Assembly: GCA_977016875.1 (NCBI GenBank)
Contig: CDRNST010000078.1
Coordinates: 4,960,001 to 5,024,000 of the forward strand
Reading direction: 5' to 3'
Length of the DNA: 64,000 nt
From: Pavona decussata
Lineage: Eukaryota
Positions 1 through 9,600 of the stretch are shown here, piece after piece. The position numbers were made by a program, and so were the translations under genes. The notes under the pieces are model-generated. The model made no database searches. It was not told the DNA's origin and saw nothing but the letters and a program-made list of their open reading frames with translations. Each line of letters begins with the position of its first letter. Positions within the stretch are counted from its first letter, which is position 1.

Positions 1-324
1 TCTTGATAAAGTGTGTGTCGTGTGTATTCTATTAATATGGAGATGGAATAGGCATAGTTGCGTGTCATGACTATTGTCGCATTAGGCTGAGTTATTGCAG
101 CCTTAGTGTTAAAAAACTTTTGCAAGACAAATAAAGAAGTGGAAAACTGAAAAGGCGCCTGTCAGAACACGCTTGTACTCAATTCAAGCTACATTGTAAC
201 ATTACATTCCAGTGGTATTATGAAGGTACTGGGGAGTGAATTTGTGTTAATGAATAAAAGAAAAGAGAGGCTCTCGTACATGAGATGGAAAACCATTTTC
301 TTTTTCTTTCTTTCTTTTTTTTTT

Positions 325-925
325 TGTGCTTACGGGCGAAAGCCCGTGTAAATCAACTGGCTGTTGACTAGACTGGTGGAAAACTAGAAAAAAGAAGAGA
401 AGAAAAGTCTAGAAAGATTAAAAAAAAAGATTATGATGAAGAGATGATCATGAGGGGCTCGAACCAGCGGTATCATCTACGTTCAGCACACTGTACGCAA
501 TACACGCTCTGAACCCATGTGCTATTGCGTCTACACATTCAAGTTCTTGTGAATTTAAAGTTCTAAAAGTGTCTTTGTTTACACTGAAGACCTTGAAGCA
601 AGACTGTAAACACTTCATTTTATTGATATTTTTCAATTCTTAAGAACTTACAACGATTTTATTATTTGAAAGTCTCTATTGGCACGGTTTACAAACTGTT
701 AGCAACGATTTTCCACGATTTACCACGGTTTCGTTGCAGTGAGAGACAAATGAAAGACTTGAATCAAATATATTTTACTGATAGCCGGAATCGTCCAAAA
801 CCGTTTGAAACCGTTCAAAACCAGCCATAAACCGTGCAAAATACATCGTAAACCGTCAATAAAACGTTTGAAGTATCATTCCGGAAACATAGTTCCAGTA
901 GGCGATGGCCGGTCAGTGAGTACTG
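325..925. mobile_element. Possible Helentron-associated non-autonomous element with a degenerate tRNA-like segment
   Basis: Begins in a T-run with hairpin ACGGGC-GAAA-GCCCGT; B-box-like GGTTCGAGCCC on the minus strand near 455-465; boundaries uncertain. Confidence 0.3.
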
Positions 926-937
926 TGACCCAAGGAG

Positions 938-2020
938 TTAATATTTTAGTCGTTCTCCGTTGTTTTGTATTATGCCGGTGATGCGACCACTCATAGACTG
1001 GATAGTTTTATCGATCAACTCCTGAGAAATACCACTGATTGTTCTCTGCACTCTATCACAGAATTCTTCATACGACTCATGTATGATGCCTTCGTTCAGG
1101 GCATCTTTTTCCAACTTTTTGGAAGCAATGTGAAAAATGTTCTCAATAGGATTTAAATCGGGACTTCGCGGCGGTATTTTTAATAGTTCGCAATGACAAC
1201 GAGCCATAGCTTCACGGGCTGTTTTACTGTTTTGGCTAGGATCACCGTCTTGCAGCCAGAGGTGAGTCAATCCCTTGGCAGATCGTTCACACATGGTGTT
1301 AAAGTGTTGGTCAATAAACGATGCAGAATATTTTGCATCCATTTTTTCGTATCTCTCACAAATTTTTGCTCCTCCACCGTGAGTTATTGCTACCATCATC
1401 CTGGCAACTTTACCTCCTGTTTCGACTTTACTTCCCTTAGCCAAACACCCTTGGTTTAAACCTTCGGATTTTTTTCGCCATACTCTCCCTTTGGGTGCTC
1501 GGGCTTGGTCCATGGGGTTGGTCTTGTAAATAAACGAGACCCCATCTAAGTAAAACGCGATAGTGTCCGTCCAGACACTCTGAGGGTAATTTGATTGCAT
1601 CCGTCTAGCAAATTCTACTCTTCTCTCTTTGTCGCTTTGACTCATTAGTCCCTTTTTACGAGCCTGCAGGAAGAAGTACCCGTTTCTATTTAACAAACGC
1701 CGAACCGTTCGATCAGTGACATGACGAATTCCTGTCCGCTCCATCAGGCGCCGCGAAGAAAATGAACCCTCTTGCTCTCTTAACTCTTCAATGGTTCTAA
1801 GAATCAACGCTTCGTGTTCAGGAGTAAGCTTTTTCTTTCTGCCCCTCAAATGTCTCCTGCTCTCATGTACTTCCTTGTATTTTGAGCTCGTTACGCGGTG
1901 AACACTTGCTGTCGAGACCTGAAAGCGTTCGGCGACCTCATTTAATGTGAGATTTGTAGTCATCTTTAGGACTCTGATTGAAGCCTTTGTTTCTTCCGAT
2001 ATTCTTTTTCTCGAGGGCAT
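938..2020 (-). CDS. Tc1-family (DD34E) transposase, uninterrupted, 360 aa from the first ATG
   Basis: N-terminal HTH with GRKKK linker; FYLDG, LQDGD and SPDLNPIEN with 34 residues between the second D and E. Confidence 0.9.
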   Translation of the reverse strand: MPSRKRISEETKASIRVLKMTTNLTLNEVAERFQVSTASVHRVTSSKYKEVHESRRHLRGRKKKLTPEHEALILRTIEELREQEGSFSSRRLMERTGIRHVTDRTVRRLLNRNGYFFLQARKKGLMSQSDKERRVEFARRMQSNYPQSVWTDTIAFYLDGVSFIYKTNPMDQARAPKGRVWRKKSEGLNQGCLAKGSKVETGGKVARMMVAITHGGGAKICERYEKMDAKYSASFIDQHFNTMCERSAKGLTHLWLQDGDPSQNSKTAREAMARCHCELLKIPPRSPDLNPIENIFHIASKKLEKDALNEGIIHESYEEFCDRVQRTISGISQELIDKTIQSMSGRITGIIQNNGERLKY

Positions 2021-2251
2021 GTTGTCTGAGGATTTTTCAGTGCTTTTTGGAAAGTTGTGCAAACAATTGCGTATTTTATTTACTCTCTGTTACCAAAATA
2101 TCGCACTTGTAATACATTAACACAGATACCGCCTTCAGGTTGTGACGCGCGTGACTGCGTCAGACACAGTTGATATAGCCCGATAAATGTGTTGACAAAT
2201 AATCTACTAATTAGTCACTCCCTTTGTTTTGTCACGCTTAAAGCCGGCTGA

Positions 2252-2402
2252 CAATCTTGGACAGATCAAATGAAAAATTAAGACCACCCCTCCCCCCCAT
2301 TTCAATGATGGAAAAATGGCGCGTTTTGCTTTGCGCGCGGATTCATCATTGAATTTGGGGGGAGGGGGGGTTTAATTTTTCATTTTATTCTGTCCAAGAT
2401 TG
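2252..2402. mobile_element. MITE with about 55-bp imperfect TIRs (CAATCTTGGACAGA...TCTGTCCAAGATTG)
   Basis: Direct inspection; TA on the right flank. Confidence 0.75.
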
Positions 2403-3438
2403 TAGATCGCATAAGTAAGTAAAACTCAAATATAGCGATGAGAAAAAGAAAACTCAAGCAGAGAGTAAACAGGGCTTCTGGTTCGAACAACCTTCAACTT
2501 CACAGATGGAAGATGAGTCTCTGTAGGGATCTCCTGTGTTGTTTTCCATTGGTCGGCGGTATGACCTCGTTGACATCTGCTGCAATGGTGTGCGAAAACT
2601 GTGCAAATCTCTGGAGGCCGAAAACTCAGGGCTTACTTCTACGAGTATTCCTTCCATTCAAATGAATATAATAGGGATGATATATTTTCCAGATTTGAAC
2701 GAAATTTGGCCGGCAAGATGTTCGTCACACACTAATGCACCTAAGTGATTCAGGCTCTTGCGAAAATCGAAAAAGCTTTCTTGCGTCGTCTTAGCGCGTG
2801 GGACTCGTTGATAAATATTCAATTATTAAACTTTACAATAGATTTTCTTAGTAAACAGTGGGCAGATCGAGAGAGCCTGACACGCTTTGTTAGCCCGTTA
2901 TCTCCTGAAGGATATAGTCTAGCTTGTTGGGATATTTGCATTAATGTGGGAGCTGGTAATTGATGCAGTCAAAGCACAAACTGACAGTTTTGGGTCTCAG
3001 TGCTTTGATCAGCCTACAAAATCGAAAGCGTTATTTTCAGATTTTACAGCTTAATAGCTTTACCGTAATATATAGTTAACGTTTTTAAGGTTTCTCTAAA
3101 AGCAGCCCGCGTAGGTTTGGAATAACCTGTTAACGATTGTCCTAGAAATTTCACAGTTTCCCTTAAACCTTCGTTTCTCGGTCAACTGTGCATTTTTCGT
3201 ACAGTCTTTCGCCTCGAACAATATCGTCTGATATGGTAACCGCCTGAGGAGTGTATTTGCTAAAAAACCGCGTTTAATTTAGTACCACTTGACGATTTTC
3301 CGGTTGTCCAATAATAACCGTGACGTAGATTAAAATCGGTGAATTATAATTTATCATAACAAACAATCCCTGAAAAGCAAATTGAAGTTTACTGTGGAGA
3401 GTATTTCGATAAAATTTCGTCCGACTATTTTTACTTAC

Positions 3439-3614
3439 CGGGAGAAACAAAGGAGAAATCTAACTTGTATCCCCCGCGCGTGAAATAGCCGTTTGATCGA
3501 AAGGTTAGCACAGCATAGTGTCCAGTAAAACTGATGTTCAATCCAGACTTCACCCCACAGTATGTGCCTACGGTATAGTTGTTATCATTGGAAATCCTCA
3601 AGTAGTCACCAAAC
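3439..3614 (-). CDS. CUB domain 3, second exon (176 nt)
   Basis: Within ORF 3431..3727: FGDYLRISNDNNYTVGTYCG...FRSNG...GYKLDF; tttgcag / gtaagt. Confidence 0.88.
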
Positions 3615-6600
3615 CTGCAAACAAGGAAGACGTATTTGCTTAGTTCATTGATGACTAGATAACATACGCTTAAATGACATGAGCTAACACAACTTGATAA
3701 GATAAGATGTGACAAAATCACACGCATTATTATATGTTTACTGAGTTAAAGGAGCACCGCCAATTCCTAACAAATAAGAGCACATATATACATTAAAGTA
3801 GGACAAACATTACAATAACTTACATTTAAACTATATAATGACAAATCGACAAGGTAATCGATAAAAAAATGCTAAAGTAATCCTTGGCTTAATAATAAAT
3901 GATGCAAATACAGCGACACAGACAAACAAACCTTATAAACAGCTTACCTATCAATTTGTCTCGAAAAAAAGCAAAGGTTCCAAAACAACCCATAATCAGG
4001 CCAGCATGAATTACAGACAGGCGCGAAGAGTAGAAAATCAGATCACATACATGCAAAACTTGTTTATCACATGTGGAGATGACAATAAATGACAAGGCAG
4101 ACTAGTTATTGATTTGATTCTTAGCCTCAGATCAAAACAACAACAATAACAACAAAAAGCAAACAAAAACACAAAAAGAAGCAAAGAAACAGGCAAATGA
4201 GTCTCAAGATAAAGAAGGGTACTTTTACAGTGATCAGACTAACAAGTAACTTTGTTCTTTACGATGTTTCAAAAACACTTTTTTTCGAGTAGTGTATATA
4301 CCTTTTTTTTCTTTTTTTTTTTTTTTGTCTTTTATTCTTCTCCAGTCATCTCCACAATATACATCAAGAGAATAAAGGTATTAAAATAACGGAGAAAGGG
4401 CCAAAAACAGAAAGACTAATACTTAGCCCTAATGATGAAAAAAAAAAAAAACAAGGTTCAAGCAAATATAGACAAAACAAAGAAACAATAGCAACCACCG
4501 TTATCATGCAATGGAGGTTATGTAATGTATAATCTAAACACTGATTCGATAGTTTTGTACCTGCAAGATGAATAACCCGCCAGGGTAAAATTAGAAAAGT
4601 AAATCCTTATGGCCATGTCGTGTGGAATTTGTACTCGATAAACACAGTCCATGTTGTTTGGATAGTTGTTTGGATATCCGGGACTTTTCAGGACGTTGTT
4701 GACAACGGCACCACATCCTGTTGGATTAAGTAGACATTTAGTTTTAATGAGTAATTTCTTAGATATAGATCAGTTTGTGATAAAAGTTAACGCTAAAAAA
4801 TCACGACCTTTCGACCTCTCCAAGGTCGATTTCAAGTGCGAGTAAAAAAAAAACCAAAGCTTAGCATAAATATATTACAAACAGTCAAAATCAGTAAGAA
4901 TGTCATGAACGCTAAAATGTGATAAAACTTGTGGATTATAAGTTTTATCGGACATAAAAAGGACATAAAACACTGAAACAATTAAACAATAACGAGGCTT
5001 CCTAAGAGCGGATCTAAAGAGATAATTTTGCGCGGACGGAATCACACTGTTGTTTAGTGTTGGTTTAGGTTCTTTGATAAAAAAAAAAGCGTTACGAAAA
5101 TGAGGCAGTCAAGTTTGTTCTGACATTTTCTTAAAATTTTTAAACTTCGCACAGTGCCATTTGAGGCTATATTGTGCTGCCCCGTCAGGTGGTTTCCGAT
5201 TACCGATCCCTTGTGTTCTTGAATTCGCTGGTGAAGATGTCGATACGTGTAACCGACATAACCTGCATCGCATAGGCTACACTGAAAATGATAAACAACA
5301 CACTGTTGATTCACAAGGGGTGACTTGTCTTCCCTCACTTTGATTATTTTCGTCCTTGATCTTTCGACTTGTGTACACCGGGCTGATATCCACATTGATC
5401 TTCCGACTTAGGTCTTGAAGTTGTCTGCGCACTGCGGTTATAGATTTCTGATGTTTGAAAGGCAAAACGATTCTGATGAGGGATTCTTGATCTCAGGTAC
5501 TTGCTGTTGGGTAGGTGAATCCTCAGACACTCTTCAATCAATGCATTGACGGATGGTAGACTGCGCAAGTTTGTCTGGGTAGCGCAGTCGGGAAAAGGTT
5601 ACCTTGAGGCGTCCTGATTCCTGATTAAAGAGTTTCTACGTAGATGAGAGCTTAAATGCAAGGTTGAGGATGTTTCAAAATTTAAAGAAAGTGTCAGAAC
5701 AAACTTTACTGCCTCATTTTCGAAATGCTTTTTACCAAAGAACTGAAACCAACACTAAACAAACAGGGTGATTCCATCCGCGCGAAATTATTTGTTTAGA
5801 TCAGTTCTTAGCAAGCCTCATTATTGTTTTAATGTTTCAGAGTTAAAGTCCAGTTTTACTTTATAAATACTTATCATTGACACATTTTATCACATTTTAG
5901 CGTTTATAACACTCTTACCGATTTTAACTGTTTGTAATATATTTATGCTAAGCTTTGTATTTTACTCTCACTTGAAAACGACCTAGGAGAGGTCGAAACG
6001 TCGAGATTTTTTAGGGTTTACTTTTCAAACAAATTTTAGTTTTAAATAACCATTTTAGAAAGGTTAAAAGGAAAAGAAAACCTGAGTGAAAGAACATAAA
6101 AAAAAACGTTTTAATTAAAAATTAGTACATTCCAAAAAACATGGAAAATAAGTACAATTTTAAGATGTTAAACTCTGCAAAAAACAGCACAAAAGGTATA
6201 AATTGGTTCGTGTATAGCTTTGTACAGTGTAACTACTCTATTAATAGCTTAGCTTTGTGACACGTTTCTTGTTGTTTACCATAATTATAAATCAGAAAAA
6301 GTGCGTTTTACAGAGAAACGCTTGGTTTAGTACGGTTCTTTTTTTTGGCACCTAAGGACGAGTCAAACATAAGTAAATAATATTTTGATTTCCTTCTATT
6401 TAACAATTAAGTGCTCCAAACTCCCAATTTTTTCTTTAAAACAATCCAAGAAAAAATGTTTCGGTTAAATCCTCGCCTTTTTATCCCCCTTAAACTTAAA
6501 TACCGAATTGTTCACGACCGCGTAAAGGGGATCTGGAGAAAGTCAAGTTCTGACGTCAAATCAAGAACGACGCTTAAGCGATTTTCAGTCAGTTATCTTT

Positions 6601-9600
6601 ATTTTCGAACTTTCAAAGCTTTCTGTTGCAAAATTCGTTCGATTCGGGCTCCATAGCCATCAGAATTCTACCGAAATTTACAATTTCATTCACGTCATCG
6701 CATTTGGAGACGCGCTTTGACTCAGGCAACTCAGAAATCAGTTTAATAGCTGGATACGAAATGTAACCCGATCAGGATTTATCCCGTTTATCACCACAGA
6801 GATAACCCAAACCTCGAGTGAGTCTACTAGCGATGACGAAGCTGTTGCTTATGCTGACGTCCCACTGGCGGACGAGAAAAAACAGCGAGATACCAAGGGG
6901 AAGTGAAGGCCGTATTCGAAAAGACCGATAACAGGACAATGTAGAACTCAGGGAATGTCAAGATTCGCGATTGTTTACTTTAATTCCACGCGTCGTTTTG
7001 TCATGCTTATTGATATTTTCCATGTGTTGGTATACTTTCTTTACACGCTAAAACGTTAATATTTCTTAAATCATTTATTCGCTTACATAACGTTACTGTA
7101 CTTCAGATGCAAGTGTAGAAATTGTGGAGTCGTTTGGTTGCAAACATGTGCGAACGTTGTTGCTAGCGCTGTTGTGAACGGTAAGATTGTCGATCACTCG
7201 AGTGTTGTTCTGCTATCACAGAAGTATAAATTGCTGGGAAAGCGGTGATTCCGAATCTGTCTCGCTCTAACCTGTTGTTTACACTCTGGACAGCGATTGG
7301 CAGGCCGCTAAACCGTCGCGCCACTAAATTATAAACCTCACTCGCTCTTTACACCCTGACCGCCATTATGGCGAGCCACCGAGACTTCGAGCAACTAAAT
7401 TGTTAACTCTACTCGTTCTTTACACGCGACTGGCAAGCGGCCTCACTGTGTTATATACCTCTCGAAATGTGTCCCTCTATTGTTTATTTGCTCCGAGTCT
7501 TCATCCTTTGATCCTTAATCCTTTGTGCATGTGCAATTACATACAAAATCGTCCGTTACAAAATACTTCGAGCATATTACTGAACTCTTCGATGACTCCC
7601 ATCGAGCACGCTTCTGTCTAACAAAGTTGACATATATTTTTCTTCGTTTCTTCGCCTCTGGACGCTCATCGCCTTAAGAGGGTATCGTACAATACGCTTT
7701 TCTTTCTTGCAAATTACTAACCTTACTACAACCTCTGCAACTAACTGCAATTAGGAGTCGAACCTACTATTACTAGTTCGGATGCTCTACCACTGAGCTA
7801 CAGAAGACTCGTGGAAGCTAAAGCCATTAAACTAGGTTTATGGGACAAACATCCTGCATACTACTAGGATTGGAGTGTCAATGAGTGGCATATGCGCAAT
7901 GAGAGGAAACGTGATGTGATATTTTTTTTAAGCTTGAGAGCATCTGAACTAGTAATCGGAAGGTCTTAGGTCTTACTCCTGATAGGAACACTCGGGATTT
8001 CTTTTTCTAAGTTTGCCTGTGTTATTACTGAATAATACATCATACTCATTTGTTCACCAGGCAGTGTAGAGCATTCCAACTAGTAAACGTAAGTGCTTAG
8101 GCTCGACTTCTGATAGGAGCACTCGGAATATCTTTTTCGAAGTGCGCCTTTGTTATTACTGAACAGTACATCATTCTCATTTGTTCACCAGGCTTAAAAA
8201 AATATTACATCACGTTTCCTTTCCTAGCTTCAGAAAAGCACAGAAATTGAACAAAAACCAATCAGAACAATTAATTAAAGAAACACTTATTTTACCTAAA
8301 AGCCACAGCTATATTAAGAAAAGTTTTTTTCTTTATTTTGAAAAAGAATTTTTCATTTTGTGAAGAAAACTTCCTGTCAAAATTTGGTTGCCATGACAGC
8401 ATCAAAGTCAATGAATCCAAACGACCACATAAAACTTCTTTCAGTTAAATTTCTAAAAACGACCTTACGTTTCACGGAGTTTGCGCAAATATTAAAAACG
8501 TTATGCAGGTTTAAAGTGGCCGTGGACAGAATCCCTCCTACCAATCTACATACGGTTAATCTAAATATATAAAAGAAACAAGTAAAGTATGTGTAGTGTT
8601 CTCGTGTTCTAAAAGTGACGTCAGCAACCACTAGACCCATGCTCCTTAAAACTCGGTCGTGAACCAAAATGGTGGTGATTTTAGGCTATTTTCCGTTTTT
8701 CCACAGGGTACAAAATAGCGAAGATTTCACCAAATCAAAAAAAAAAAAATACTTCTGCAGAGATGCCTACCAAATTATGGGCATTTTTGTGGGAGAAAAA
8801 ATGGGGATGGAGGGGTTTAGGTGAACTTTGATTGAGTGAGCGTATTGTTAGTATCAATGGAGGCTGCCTGAAGAAGACTTTTTGTTAGTGGAAACTTGCA
8901 AGTAAAGAAATATTACACATAACTTCCATGTGTTTTATTTCAGCAAGTCATTCGAAAACCGCGTTTAATGTTAAATATTGCCAAGAGAATCTGGCTTTAA
9001 AGTATTTAAACAACATTACTTAAATTAATATCCTCTATTGACATAAGACCTCTATTGACATAAGACGTTATCAAAGTCTTACACAAAATGCATGTACTTG
9101 GCTAGCAGAATCAATTTTTAGAAAGTGACAGTCGAATGCTGATTACCGTAAACAAATACAATAACAAACCAGCTTTGGTAAACTTACTTCTTCACCAAGT
9201 TTACAAAAAAAAATCCACTTAATACATTGCAACGATTAAAACGCTTTGCTCTGCAAACATGAAGGCGTTGGAAGATGGAATTTTCACCGGCAAATTTTAA
9301 CAATGCACGAAGAATGAGAAATGCAGTCATCTAATAGTCAATGCAGTAGTAAGAACATAGTGAATGGTGTTGTTGATGGGTTTGTCAAAACAGGAGTTGT
9401 AGTGTGTTCTGTTAAAGAGTTTGTTGTAAACTACATCAATGAAGACCTCGGTGAACCTGTTTATGACTGAATTGGTGCATTTTTTAACTGACCGGTAATG
9501 GTAAGCTCCCTAATTTTCAATTCCTTATCGTCGCACAATTAGTATGCGACAGTTGTCACAAGAATCTTCATATGGATATTATTGTTTAAAGAATGAAGGT

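Larger units (their letters stand above)
2405..9560. repeat. Segmental duplication, CUB module copy 3 (paralogous to about 13380-17770 and 36010-41470)
   Basis: Colinear high similarity of introns and exons; ORFs 2536 and 13604, and 16938 and 38026, are near-identical. Confidence 0.9.

Noticed and set aside
2438-2963. Short ORFs conserved in three copies (2438-2963, 13522-14031, 36091-36514)
   Set aside because: Conservation reflects segmental duplication and stops differ between copies. A weak LINE-RT-like trace (PEICTVF..DQWKT) is too degenerate to call.
8866-8900. CTGAAGA..GAAAC second hammerhead-like motif
   Set aside because: Stem II pairs poorly, there is no NUH after stem III, and paralogous copies are fully degenerate.
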